The position numbers were made by a program, and so were the translations under genes. 64,000 nt of DNA from positions 5,249,264-5,313,263 of the forward strand of contig CAVNZM010000006.1 in assembly GCA_963693365.1 (NCBI GenBank), read 5' to 3'. The notes beneath the pieces were generated by a model. The model was not told the origin of the DNA, made no database searches, and worked only from the letters and a program-made list of their open reading frames with translations. The stretch is from Amoebidium appalachense. Its lineage: Eukaryota > Protista > Ichthyosporea. Below, piece after piece: positions 12,260 to 54,542 of the stretch (within the stretch, counting starts at the first letter, position 1; the number at the start of each line of letters is the position of its first letter).

Positions 12260-13308
12260 TCACATATCGTCAGCCACAACTTCCCCTTCTATGGGAGGCG
12301 CTGGTGCGTCTGGCATGCTGTGGAGGAAAGTTTTAATAGCTGAACGATGACAAGGTGTACGTGGGCGTGCGCACGCGCGCGCGTGTGTGTGTGCGTGTGG
12401 TTATGTTCCCTTTCTTTCTTACATTCCTTTCCTTTTCCCTGTATGTGAAAGGGAGGGGGGGGGGGGGGGGGGGGGGAGGGGGAGGGAGGGGGGGAGGGGG
12501 GGGGAGAGAGAGAGGGGGGGGGGGGGGGGGGGGGGAAGGAGGGAGGAGAGGGGGGGGGCGGAGGGGGGGGCAGAGTGAGGAGGAGGCGGGGGAAGGGGAG
12601 AAGCACAGAGGGTGAGAGAGAGGGGGTTGGGGGGGGGGGGGGGGGGGGGGGGAAGAGATCAGGGCGCAGGTAAATAGTATGATATGCAAATACACAACGA
12701 AGACCCAGCGAAGCATGGAGAATGGGATTGCAGAACAAACACAAGACCATAAGGGCATGCGAATGCGAGAGTGCGAGAATGAGTGCACAATCAGAAGGAG
12801 TGCGAGAAAATGTGCACAAATAGAGTGTGTTATAGGGTACGTAGTGCACATTCCCGAGGAACGACACATTGCAGAAGTTGCAGAGCACATACAAAAAGGA
12901 TACAGCTGCACTTGAACATGGGTGGTTGGAGAGGGTGGATGGAGCGGCAGGAAGGGGGTGGGGGGGGGGGGGGGGGGGGGGGAGGGGAGAGAGGGAGAGG
13001 GTGGGGAGGGGGGAGGGAGGGAGAAGGGGGGGGGGGGGGGGGGAGGAGGGGGGAGGGGGAGGAATTTTGTACTCACTCGATGATATCTGGGTCCACCCCA
13101 TCCGATTGCATCTTCATTTTGATCTGTCCAAACGCTCACGGTCAGGAAACACATAACGTGTACTGGTGTTGCTGTGTACACGTGCCCCCCCCCCCCCCCC
13201 CCCCCCCTCCCCCAGGGGCCCATCCCCTCCCCCCAATCATTACCACAGTTGCACACACAGGTGCGTGCTTGCACACACACAGGCACACACACACACAGAT
13301 GTGCGCAG

Positions 13309-13366
<58 letters not shown>

Positions 13367-14296
13367 TCCCATGCTCGCTCCATGTTTTATGATTTTCTTC
13401 CCAGAGAATAGCCAAACAGGAAACAAAACAGAACCGAAATCACACAACCGAAATCACACAGAAAATCCTGCCAGCTTCAACGTCAAGGAAGCACAAGATA
13501 GGGAAAAACGAGAGAGATTAAAGAGTAGGGGAGGGAGAAGTAAGCAGAGAAATAAAGGGAGGGAGAGGGATGTGGAGGGAGAGCAGTCAGCAAACACAGC
13601 AAGAGAAAGGAGGGGAAAAAGGGGGCAAAGAATAAAAACACGAGTCTAATGACGAGGAGCGGAAAGAGAAGGAGTTGAATACCCCCCTCCCCCCCCCCCC
13701 CCCTCCCCCCCCTATCCTCTGCTCTCTCCCTCCAATGCAAGTATTCCCCACATTTTTTGTCAGCAAAAACTAAGGGCTAGGGGGTGGAGACTGATATGGT
13801 ACATGATACAAACAGCAGCCTCACCCACCTGCTGAACGGGCACACCGACTCTGAGCATTTTGAAGTATTTGGTGAACCGCGCATCCTGGGACACAGTCAT
13901 AGTGCTGGCTGTACGTGTACGTGTACGTGTAGGCGTGTGTGTGAACATGTACGCGTGGGTGTATGGGTGTGTGGGTTTGTGTGTGTGTGTGTGTGCGTGC
14001 GGGTGTATGTGTGTACGTGTACGCATACTTGTTCGTGTGGGTTTATGCATGTGTGGCAGTGTGTATCAGTGTGTCATTCTCTTCCTCATTTCACTCACAG
14101 TAAGATAAAGTGGGTGGGTGTGCACGTGCGCCCGTAGGCATGTGCCATTACAGAACAAATGGGTCTGGTCGGTGCGAATGTGACCGTGCGGGGTGAAAAG
14201 GTAAACACACAACCAGAAATTAACTCCTACGTTTTCCCTCATCCGTTTAGAAAGCAGACAATATTTGCATCACGGTCTGCTGCAAAGACAAGCACG

Positions 14297-14327
<31 letters not shown>

Positions 14328-14366
14328 TTTCTTTTTTGTGTGTGTGTGTGTGTGTCACGGGGGGTA

Positions 14367-14399
<33 letters not shown>

Positions 14400-14482
14400 T
14401 GGAAAGTGTTACAAGGTACGAAGACTGCAAATTTTGCAAAGCACACAAAGGGAAAACATCATAATTGGAGCTCATCCTCAAA

Positions 14483-14513
<31 letters not shown>

Positions 14514-14556
14514 GATGGAGGGGAGGAGGGTAATCCACAAAATGAGGGGGAGAGGG

Positions 14557-14590
<34 letters not shown>

Positions 14591-14798
14591 GAAGGGCGGG
14601 GGGAGAAGAAGAAGGGCAGGGGAAGGGGGAGAAGAAAGGCGGGGGAGGGGGGAAGGGGGGGTTGCTCCAAGAAAAAGTGAGTGCATGCGTACCAGAAGCC
14701 AGATCCTGAGTTGACCCTTCATCCGCCTCTGTTCCCTTTATTTGGCCACCTGCAAGGCCCCACACAGTCAGAAAACCGTTCTTGTTTATGGCAAGTAT

Positions 14799-14858
<60 letters not shown>

Positions 14859-15006
14859 ATTTTCCCCACCCCCCACCCCCCAACCATATCACCACCACCA
14901 CCATCCATAGCAGTAGAGTTTCTTCTCTTGATCCCCCCTCCCCCCCCCCCCCCTCCCCCCCCCCCCCCCCTTCCCCCTCCACCTGCCGTTCTTCTTTTTG
15001 GTGTTT

Positions 15007-15086
<80 letters not shown>

Positions 15087-15768
15087 GAAGAGAGGGGGAA
15101 GGGGGGGGGGGGGGGGGGGGGAGGGGGGAGGGAGGTGGTTGAAATGTGTTACACACAATCAGTAAATCGACACACAACGGAAACAAAGGTGAAGGCTAAA
15201 GGATGAGAGGCGAGACCGAAAACCTGGAGAGAATATGCAAAAAATAGGGGAGTCGAACCCTGGCAGGAGGGCGAGGGGGAGGGGGCCGGGGGGAGGGGGG
15301 GGGGGGGGGAGGGGGGGGGTAGAGTGTGTCACAAGTTACCTCGTACACAATCATAACGGACTCCACCATGCTCAAATACACACAAAGATTATATGCATAA
15401 TAAGCAGAGCTTTTGCCCGCGGGGGAGGGCTGGGGGGTGGGGAGGGAGGAGGGAGGGGGGAGGGGGGGGGGAGGGAATCAAGTCATCCACAGTAACCTGG
15501 TTTTGACCCCCCGGGGGGCGGGGGGGGGGGGGGGGGGGGGGGGGGGGAGGGTAACGTACCTGATAGGGTAGTTTCTGTAGCAGTTACGGAGGAGATGGGG
15601 GGTGGTAAAGGCACCTATGGAGACACAGACTAGTTAGTCTCTACTATTGCCCGGGGGGGGGGGGGGGGGGCTGCGGAGTAGAATCATATACAAATAATAT
15701 ATTCCCTCCCCACCTCCCCTCTCCTCCAACCCCCCCTTCTCGAACGAAAAAAAGGGAGCACAAGCAGG

Positions 15769-15812
<44 letters not shown>

Positions 15813-15965
15813 ACACACTCCATCGCACACACATACAGAGATATAAAGCAAAAAAGAAAGGAAGGACGAAAGAAACCAGGGCGGGGGAGGGCGGGGAGGG
15901 GGGGGTAAAGGAGTGGAATCGGGGTTTTGGGGCTTTCTTCACCCTTTTCTCCTTTCTTCTTCTTT

Positions 15966-16012
<47 letters not shown>

Positions 16013-16017
16013 TTTTT

Positions 16018-16048
<31 letters not shown>

Positions 16049-18010
16049 GGAGGGGGGGGGGCTGTAGTGCACGGCACAAGGACACGTATGAAGAACCTAC
16101 GATGGGCCACCATGCAAACATGAAAAAGAGCACATGGAATGACGTCATCACTAGACTAGGTGTGCTTGTGCATGCGGAAGCTCAACACACTGGCGGGGGA
16201 AGAGGGGAGGGGGAGGGGGGGGGGGGGGGGATGGGGGGAGGGAGGGGCTGGGACGGGGGGAGGCAAAGGGAGATGAGACAGAGTGAGATAGAGAGCATTA
16301 AAAGCTCACGTCTCCATTTTTACAAGTGGTTTGGTTGCCTTAAGCATATATGATGGTGGACACTGCTTGCTCGTCATCTGACCAGGTCTCGGTAAAGGTG
16401 AAAATGCAGCCCCCTTCCCCCTCCCCCGCCGCCCGCCCGACCTCATCCCCTCCAAAGAAGGGGGAAAAAAAGCATCCACGTCCATGCATTGAGATCAAAT
16501 ACTTTCAAAACAGGAAGCACCCCCCCCCCCCCCCCCTCCCCCCCCCCCCGCCCCTCCCCCCACCCCCCCCATTCAAAAAAAAGGAAAAGAAAGAAAAAAA
16601 AAGAATAACAAGCGAGTGAGTGTTTGAGAGAAATAGAGAAAAGAGAAGAGCAAGGGAGGGAGAAACGAGCAACCCACATGTTCCCACCTGCTGGTCTGCT
16701 TGTTTTTGTGCCTGTGTGTTTGTTTCCTGTGTGGGTCCTGTGGCAGTCACCTCGGCAATGCCCGGAATCGAGTCCAACTGTGCCCCTACCGTGTCAGCTT
16801 CCCCCACCCCCCCTTTTCCCCCGCCTACCCTTCCCCCCCCCCCCCCCCTCCTCCTCCCCCCCCCCTCCCCCCCCCCCCCCTCCCCCCCCCCCCCCCCCCC
16901 CCCCCCCCCGCGCTCCCTCCGGCAAATCGTCCCAACGAATCCCGCGTGGTCCTGCCTTTCAGCTGACTCCCTTTACCTTTCTTCCTCTAGTGAGGGGAGG
17001 GGGGGGGGGGGGGGGGAGGGGGGGGTAATTACTGGGGATATCACAATTGCGGAAACATGGAGAGTGAAGCGACAGGCAGATGTGATCGATGGGTGGTAGA
17101 AAGCAGAGTGTGAGAGACGGGAGGACGACGGGTGGAAGGGGTTCAAATTTAGGTGGCTGCAAGAGGAAGAGGAAGTCTTAACAGAAGTGTTGAAGTTTGT
17201 GGCTGTAGTGAGAGAGCGGGGGAAGGAAGAGTGATGCTGTTACAGGGCAGGTATGGTCGTGTGCAGGTGTGCGTGAAAGTACGCGTGCGCGAGCGTGCGT
17301 GTGTAGTGAGGGGGGGAAGGGGTGGGAGAGGGAGAGTGGAAGTCGGAAGGGCTGAAGGGGGAAAGAACCCCGGGGGGGAGTGGGGGGGGGGTGGGGGGAG
17401 AAGGGGAAGGAGGGGGAGGGTGAAGCTGGAGTGGAGAAGGCAACACACACCCAAACACCCACGTTCAATATTGCAACACACAACCACATCACCACACACA
17501 CACGCGCGCGCATACACACGCACACGCACAGGGAGAGAGAGGGCGTGTGTGTGTGTGTGTGTCTGTGTGTGCGCGAAAGGGGGGGGGGGGGGGGGGGGGG
17601 GGGGGGACAAAGAGGACGGGGGGGAGGGGTGGAGACAAAGAGAGAGGGAGGGCGAGATAACAGTGGGGGAGAGAGGAAGGGAGGGAGAATGTGTGTGTTT
17701 ATAGGAAGTGGACGATAATTGGGCATGTCTTATTAAATGGAGAAAAAAAATCACCGGCTTTCACAAAGGCATACGCATAACATACCTTCGTTTCTAGCAA
17801 CTGCATGTACGTCTCTAGCCTCTGTATCCTGTAGCTAACATCAGCAAGTTTCGTCTCGCACACACTGGCAAACCGGTTTATAAACCCGACGGTGTGCATG
17901 GTAAAGGCATTAACTGCGTTTACCAGCTGTTGGTGTGGTATCGCCTGTGTGGTGTTGTAGTCTATTTCTGGACCCAGGAGGGAGGGTCTGGCACCAACTG
18001 TAAGATCCAT
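12260..18010 (-). CDS. WASHC3: WASH complex subunit 3 (CCDC53); exons 18010-17786, 16777-16688, 15614-15560, 14749-14693, 13908-13829, 13123-13077, 12317-12260
   Basis: [43 protein letters not shown]|LDSIPG and [23 protein letters not shown]|[21 protein letters not shown] are CCDC53 motifs. All junction phases are consistent. Confidence 0.92.
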
Positions 18011-18931
18011 GTTTCCTGATTTGCTGGAATGCTCTAAGAGCTCGTTGTTGGGTCACTGCAAACGTGAGGGCCTATGGTGACGTGCTGTAGTGGTTCCTAG
18101 CGTGATCAGATGAATCATTGGCGCACGGCTCCTTCAGTAGAGTGTGCACACACGGGAAAATTTGAAAACAAGCGCGCGGAAAGATCGCCTGGCTCTATTG
18201 GCTGCAATATTTTGTTTGTGAGATTTTGATTGGTTAACGGACATTTTCCGATCTTGAAAGTTGGCAACGCAGCAAGCAAGTTTTTGGGCCGGGACCAAGG
18301 CCTCCTACCCGGGGCTACTCTGAGTCAGAGTAGGAGGTCGAGTAGGAGGAGTTGGCCGGGACTGGGAGGAAGAGAGCTCAGTTTTCTTCAAGAAACATCA
18401 GAACCACGAGAGTGTAAGACATTATTTGAACTGTAGTTGGCTAAGTGATGAAATAAGCATCAAATGGTGGTTTAAGCGGTCCTCTCTCAATTTTTTCCCC
18501 ACCTTAACCTAGTGTGGGGCAAGTCACAAGCGCAACTCAATGATCACGTGCACCTTCCGCGTGCCCCAAGAACGGGCACATTACGTTCGTTTTGTTTTTG
18601 CTGCTCTCTACTCTTGAAGAAAAGTATCGCAATATGCAGTTAAACCAAAGCTGAAGCAGTTTTACAGAGGAAACATTTTTTCTTCCAGCGTTCTGCTTTT
18701 TGTTTTTAGCACCCAAGTAGGACTCTTGTTTTTCTCCTCAGCAGATCGTCGCCCACCAAGGCCCCACCCTTCCCAAGACGCCTATACCCCTGTTTTTTTG
18801 GATCTACGACACAGAAAAATGACGTAAAGTAAACATCCCGCTCCGTCATTTTTTTGGGCATCGCATTAGAAAATACCAAAGAGATCTAATTAGATAATTT
18901 TTCGGCACTTCTGTGCCTCGTCTTGAAAAAT
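18011..18931. promoter_or_regulatory. Probable bidirectional promoter region between WASHC3 and the SLC35C2-like gene
   Basis: Divergent starts ~920 bp apart. The region is microsatellite-free, with several ATTGG (CCAAT) motifs at ~18117-18233 and TCACGTG at ~18544. Confidence 0.5.
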
Positions 18932-20202
18932 ATGACACATTGCCCTACCGACGGCCCGGTAGGGATACTCCTATCCCTCGGGTGCGTTCTTCTTTGGTAT
19001 ACCTTCTCCATCGGTTTAACCTTTTACAACAATGGCTATTCAGGAGCTACGGTCTAAATTTTCCTTTAATCATAACCAGTTTTCACATGTTATTCAACTT
19101 TTTCGTCTCATGGATGATACGAGTTGTGCTTCTTCGCTGTTTGGGCACCCGTCGGCCTGTCCTCACACCGGAACACTACTTCAAAATGGCTCTTCCTACC
19201 GGGGCGGCAAGCGCGCTGGACGTAGGTTTGGGCAACGCTAGTTTACTATACATAACTATCTCCCTATACACGATATGCAAGTCCACCTCTATCGTTTTTC
19301 TTCTTCTTTTCGCTTTCTGCTTCAAGCTGGAGCAACCTCGCTGGTCGCTTACCCTCGTTATCGTGTGCATCGCCGCCGGCGTGCTACTTTTTACATACGG
19401 CGGAGATGTGGATTTCGATCTTTTGGGGTTTCTGCTGGTCATGTGCGCAACCGTCATGTCTGGATTACGGTGGGTTTTGACGCAGGCGATGCTTCAAAAG
19501 AAGAAACTGGGACTGCACAACCCGATAGATACGCTTTACCATGTTACGCCGACGATGGCTCTCGTTCTTCTTCCCTTGGCTCTGGCGATTGAGGGGATCC
19601 CCTTTTTCTCGTCGCCGCACATGTTTATGGGCACAACCGCCGATGTTCTGAAAACTTTGACAATTCTTTCCCTCGGCGGCGTGTTGGCGTTCCTTCTGAA
19701 TTGGGCCGAGTTTCTTCTCATTTCGCGCACGTCGAGCGTAACAATGTCAGTCGCTGGGATTTTCAAGGAGGTTTGTACCATTTCCCTTTCCGTTCTGTTG
19801 TTCGGTGACCACATGAGCAGGATTAACGCCATGGGCATGTGCGTCACCATCCTTGGTATCGTCCTCTATAACGTATTGAAGTACAGGCAGGTTGTTGCGA
19901 CAAAGAAACACGACGATGGGGGAGGGGAGTATGAAACATTGAAAGAGGAAAGGGATTTGGAGATGTCGCACGTGGAAACCAGACCGAGCATGGTGGGAAT
20001 TGGCGGTAGGGGATCAAAGGAAAACATATCATCTTCACAGAGCATGTCTGGGGATCAAACGACCACCCGTGCTATTAGTGCGGTTGGGAGCGCGACTTCG
20101 GTTTCCGACTCTGTAAATGGGACCACCGCCACAACATTGACTCGGGAGGATTCACTTTTGAGACATAGAAGCCATAGCTTACCACAAGAAGGATGGAAAT
20201 AA
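18932..20202 (+). CDS. SLC35C2: SLC35C2-like nucleotide-sugar/triose-phosphate transporter family protein, single exon, apparent 1-nt deletion at 19031-19032
   Basis: ATG 18932 gives ..LLWYTFSIGLTFYN, then AA TGG (the K codon lacks one base), continuing WLF..FPLIITSFHM..LDVGLGNASLLYITISLYTICKST..SGLRWVLTQ..NPIDTLYH..TSSVTMSVAGIFKE. Confidence 0.88.
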
Positions 20203-20384
20203 GTGTATGTATAGTTTTGCATCTAGTTTTTTTTTTTTTTTTTTTTTGGTTTTTTGCCCCTTCGTTTTGGTATATGTGAAAAGGTGCGAATCCGAATGGT
20301 ATCTATGCAAGTATCTTCTCCTTAACGCTTCTAGGTTTGCCCAGGTTTGGGTTTGTCGTGATTTTTGAAAGCTGTGCACAGAGT

Positions 20385-25759
<5,375 letters not shown>

Positions 25760-25914
25760 AGTCAACCCCGGTGTTTTCGGTTGTTTTTGAAAGTAGAAAA
25801 CATACATTAAATTAGGCAAAAATTCCCAGCATCATGACTATTACGCATCAGGCGCTATTTATTTTCGAAGGTCGCTGATGCATTTATTTTTGAAACTGAT
25901 GCATCGGCGAACGG

Positions 25915-40704
<14,790 letters not shown>

Positions 40705-41531
40705 GTTTTAAGGCCACACACCCGCTTTGGGATGTGGGTGTGGGCAACAACTTCAAAAGGGTTATATGTAAGTGGTGCCGTAAAAACTACTCGCCAGAGG
40801 GGAAGTGGAAGTTTTTTCAAAGTATCTAAAACTGACCTCTGAGCCACTGACAGCGACAAGCTGATTCCCGACCTGACACATCAATGTCAGCCTAAAAGCA
40901 AAGTGTATATTCAATATGCATGTGGGATCAAGTTTTTTACGACGACAGGATGACCTGGGGAATCACGATTACAACATCTAAAAAGCGATTGCCGCCAATC
41001 CGATCTGTGAGCCGTGATTTATGACCTGGGCTGTGTGAAAACGCTATCCTGGGAGGATGACACACCGTTTTGAACTCGGCGCGAAAGCTAAAACATTGCA
41101 ACCGTGTATACTTGAACTCGCGCTCAGAAACAAGCTTTGAACGGCTGAGATTACAGTCATGTTCCACAAAGACAAGTCGAAGTAAGAAGGTTGAGGTATT
41201 TAGGCTGCATAAGAAAGTGGCGATGAGGGAAAGATGTTCGAGCTCTCCTGCAATTGTTAGTTTGGTGTAGGAATTTAGACAAGTTGTTTTGGCCCTTGCT
41301 TGCATACCTCCTAGTCTTAACTCAGCTGCCAGTTTATTATAAAGCGTTGTTTAGTATTTTTACAACTTTTTGCCACATCAGTAGAGCTAAGAGACACCCG
41401 TACAGCCACAGGCACTTTGTACAGTTGGTGCAAACGAAACACAGAAATTATAATCCAGCAACAACAAACGAGAGAGATCCAGAAAAGGGTTTTCTATCAT
41501 CGCTTTTTCAATTTTCTTTTGGAACAACAAC

Positions 41532-49819
<8,288 letters not shown>

Positions 49820-50215
49820 GTTTAATAGTATTTTGAAAATTAAAGAAAGACCTGGGTGTATGTGTGCGTGTGCGCGTGTGATGTAATATGTCTGTTTACT
49901 TTGCAAATAGTTTGTTTTTTGGTGTTGTTGCTACCGCTGGTTTCCGTGTAAGTTGAAACATCTAATTTTCGGGCGTTGTGTAGTGTGGCGGTAAGTAGAT
50001 ACACGCAAGTATCACCGTGACTGGCAGAGAGATGCCAGGTGCCCACATATTCTCGGGGCAAAAAAGCTTCCTTTCCGGTGTTGACCTACTGTTTTTCGCT
50101 TCCAAGGCCATTGTGGCACGATTTTATATGTAAGATTATTAGGGTTCCCCCTTTTTTCCTCTTTCTTTCTTTCTTTCTTTTTTTTTTTGTTGGTGGTGTG
50201 GCCCGTGATGGTGTG

Positions 50216-50273
<58 letters not shown>

Positions 50274-51467
50274 CACGTCGACAGGAAAGGAGCCGACGTT
50301 TTGGCCGAAACATGACTAATGCAGAAAACTTTGATATATTAAGACGTATGTATGAGAATTACCCGTGTTGGACACTTGCTTCGCGTGTGCACACGAAGTA
50401 TGGTGGTGGTAAAAATTGGATCAATTTATTTGTCCTTCCCCACCTGATATATTGTCGGTGTCGATTCGCGGTTTTCGGTTTGTTGTACAATAAGTAGCTG
50501 TTCATCGGTTTTGTTTTAGGCTCGATATAGCAAGAAAATATTTTTTTGTGTTGTTCTGAACGTTAGCGGAACATGGTTTTAGCTATGCTTGCTCTTAGGC
50601 TACAATATGACTTTGTTAGAATGACAATAGTAAGAAAGCAGGCACGGGCACGTGCATGTGTCGGCCCGGAGGCTGGCCCTCTGCGAGTCAATAAAACCTA
50701 TCATCTGCGGTAGGGGAAAGTGCACACAGCCATAGCCAAGATTAATATTCAATTGCGTGGGCGTGCGTAGTTCGTGAGAGAGAGAGAGCGTGTGTGTGTG
50801 TGTGCGTGCGTGCGTGTTGTGCGCGCGTGCGGGCGGGCGCGCACACACGCGCGCGCCACATTCCGCGTGCATGCTGTATGCAGGATGTGTGTGGTGTATA
50901 TTTTGGAGTTCGAACGTAACGTTAACACCGGGATGCATGCATGCGGTGGTGGGTGGGTGGTTGACGAGAGGGGGGGGGATGTGATTGATTCATGAGCAAG
51001 TCTTCAAAATGATATCCATGGCACGTACATTCACACAACAGACGGAAGCACATGTACACACGGTACACATCACGCACACCATGTGATGATTGGAGCGCAC
51101 GTTCTCATATCTGCTGTATATGCACTTTGAAAGTGCAGACACACACCGCAAGTGCACACACAGCTGAACATACGCGCGCACACACGCTCTCTCTTCCTTT
51201 GCACGTCTCCTGGACCACCCACCCTCTTCCCCTCTTCCCGGGCCCCTCTTCCTTCTTCTCCCTCCAAGGCTCCGGTGGATGTCTTACCATGCGTTGCCAA
51301 TACGCTAACAACCAGAGCACAAAGACATGCATTAATTAAATATTTGTGAGTGTCGACTGAGTATGTTTGTGTGTTTGTTCTCTAGCTAGTTAGCTTCCTG
51401 AGGCCGCCGATAAACAATACACCCTCGACACGCAACACACACACATACATAGTCCATCTCTAGATAC

Positions 51468-51493
51468 TTTCTCTCTCTCTTCTTTCTCTCTCT

Positions 51494-51548
<55 letters not shown>

Positions 51549-51585
51549 CCACTCTCTCTCTCTGTCTGTCTGTCTGTCTCTCTCT

Positions 51586-51674
<89 letters not shown>

Positions 51675-51692
51675 CTCGCTCTCTCTCGCTCG

Positions 51693-51748
<56 letters not shown>

Positions 51749-51813
51749 GTCTGTCTGTCCGTCTGTCTCTCCCTCTCTCTCTCTCCGAGTCTCTCTCTCT
51801 CTCTCTCCCCGAG

Positions 51814-51895
<82 letters not shown>

Positions 51896-51901
51896 CTCTC
51901 T

Positions 51902-51944
<43 letters not shown>

Positions 51945-51988
51945 CTCTCCCTCTCTCTCTCGCTCGCTCACTCTCCCTCTCTCTCTCC

Positions 51989-52076
<88 letters not shown>

Positions 52077-52103
52077 CTCTCTCTCTCCCTCCCCCTCGCT
52101 CTC

Positions 52104-52194
<91 letters not shown>

Positions 52195-52300
52195 CTCTCT
52201 CTCTATCTCTCTCTCTCCCTCCCTCTCCCCCTCTCTCTCTCTTTCTCTCTCTCTCTCTTTCTCGAGCTCTCTCTCTCTCTTAACTCTCTCTCTCTTTCTC
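51468..52300. repeat. ~830-bp (CT)n/(GA)n microsatellite
   Basis: Seen directly in the sequence. Confidence 0.95.
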
Positions 52301-52819
52301 TGATACACACACACAACTCTGGCATGCACACAAACGCACACGCTTGCGCGCGCACACGCACACGCACACAGGGGCCCCCCGGGGGGGGGGGGGGGGGGGG
52401 GGGGGAGGAGAGGAGGCAGGGGGGGGGGGGGGGGGGAGGGGGGGGGGGGGGGGGGTGCTGAAGTGTCATAAGAAAGTAATATCGCTCGTTGCACAATTGT
52501 TTTTTTTTCAGGTTCTGCAGCTGGGGCCTTTCCGAGGGAAATGGTTGACATTTCTCCATGTCTGCCTGCAATAGCAAGGGAGGGAGTCTTCTCATCAGGC
52601 AGATCCCCCCCTAGGCCTCACTGCTTGCCGTATACGCAGAGGACCCCTCGCTCACTCGGTTGGGACCGGGGAGCCTCCGGGGAAAGTAGGGGGAGAGGGG
52701 AGGGGCGGGGGGGGTACACTGAGGCCACCTGTACAAGCACATGCATGCCATCACGGTTTTCGCCACCGTTTATTTATGTTCGCAGTAATTTAAAAACGAT
52801 TAAAATGATGATTGACTGA

Positions 52820-54035
52820 AATCACTGGCAAACCTTATGATCCTCAACATAGACAAATGTGGTGTTCTTGTACCTGATATAGCTAACAATTTACACACAT
52901 TTACATTATCATCTAAACCTGTACCTATAGTTCCAGAATACAAATATCTTGGTGTTCCGGTTAATTCTGTTGGTGTTATGTTTTCCCATATGGTCGAAAA
53001 GAGGGTAGAGTTGGCTCGTAAGCGGTTAGCTTTCTTCTCGGCTAATATTTTTAAAGACACACCCCTCCATCCTTCTATTAGACTTACATTTATTCGCACT
53101 TTTGTCTTCCCGGCATGTGAATATGGTTTACCCCTTCTCGCCGCTTGGATCAAGAAAGAGAGAACTAGAGCGCTTAAACCCTTGGCAAATTTCCTTGAAG
53201 CAGAAGTTGCCTCCTTTCTATCTAACAACTGTTGTAAACCTGGGCCTGCAACGCTCTCGATATATGGTCTGGTCCCAATAGCTGCTAGAGTATCCTATCC
53301 CGCGCTGAAATTCAATAAGCACATAAGCCGCTTAAAGAAGTATTTGCCCTCCCACCCTCTCTTCACTATCCGACCTGTCCCCTCCTCACCTCTCCCCTCT
53401 TTCCTTCCCTCTCTCTCCCCTTCTCCCCTGGGCACAAATACAAATAAACCCCGCAAAAGTGTGTGTGAGACTTTGGACTGCCACTTACTTATTAAACATG
53501 TACACAATCACAAGATAATCACGCAATATAACAAATGGAAAAAGTTACCACACGACACTAGACCCGATGAAAGCATACACCTTGAAAAACTAAGCCTTGT
53601 GTCTCGTTTTATATATACTGACCGCGTCAGCCATATTGCCAAATATGGCACTCGCAAATGTATAACACCTAAATACACATTACCTTCCTGTAGAACTGGT
53701 CTTTCTCTAGCTGATGGTATTATTGATCAATTACCACGCTTTTACTGTACACGTGCTATACAGTGGAGATCTAATAATTATAAGGTGGCATCATTTGCAT
53801 GCGCAAACAACACACACACACACGCCAGTTTAACCGGTCATGTATCGCCAAATGTAGCTTGATAGACCACATAATACCGCAACACACACGTCACATTCAC
53901 AACAGAGACCCAGAAAGATAGCCTACCTGTAAGTTACAACATGATCCTTGATTTTATACTGAACACGCGTAACTACGACCTGTTTATTAGATGTATTGAT
54001 TGGCCTGAGAAACACATGACTACAAAATTCTAGCG

Positions 54036-54074
<39 letters not shown>

Positions 54075-54075
54075 A

Positions 54076-54149
<74 letters not shown>

Positions 54150-54180
54150 CCAGCTGACACCGAGTGTCCCAGGGGAGCCC

Positions 54181-54218
<38 letters not shown>

Positions 54219-54542
54219 ACGGGGAACCCCAACTAATTGATTTCTCTTTGTAGTCTTTATGGTGTCTCGTAGAGAAAGTAAACGGCAAGTAAACCCTGAT
54301 TTTGTTGCCTAGCATGTACATATGTCACTGGCTGCCTTTGATTGGCTGCGCTGGAAAACGCAGTGGGCCGTCGAATGTGGCTGGGCCTCCGACGCAATAA
54401 AAAGTGTGTAAACCCCATATAGTCATCACCCGACAACTATGTACGTGATCATGATATACCGCTGAGGGGATATTCCGAGCCAAAACCCCCCCATACCTGA
54501 GACTGGTTTCTCTTTGCCTCGAGTAAACAGCGTAAACCCCCC
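52820..54542 (+). mobile_element. 5'-truncated non-LTR retrotransposon, copy 2 (end of RT domain, C-terminal Cys/His region, long 3' UTR)
   Basis: NLMILNIDKCGVL..YKYLGVP..RLTFIRTFVFPACEYGL are late RT/thumb motifs. Frameshift in the CA run near 53822 relative to copy 1. 3' 1 kb is shared with 1-837. Confidence 0.85.

Noticed and set aside
18315-18333. Hairpin CTACTCTG-AGT-CAGAGTAG containing TGAGTCA
   Set aside because: A single short palindrome of this kind is expected by chance in 64 kb.
51460-52551. 363-aa RE-repeat ORF and the many poly-P/G, HT and CV ORFs in the track
   Set aside because: These are translations of microsatellites and homopolymers without coding signal.
51269-52819. Possible + strand exons at ~51270-51345 and from 52512
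   Set aside because: Splice-like sites are present but there is no start, coherent frame or recognisable protein.
52822-52827. ATCACT at both ends of retroelement copy 2 as a target-site duplication
   Set aside because: Only 6 nt, and the 5' occurrence appears to be within the element's reading frame. It cannot be distinguished from microhomology or chance.
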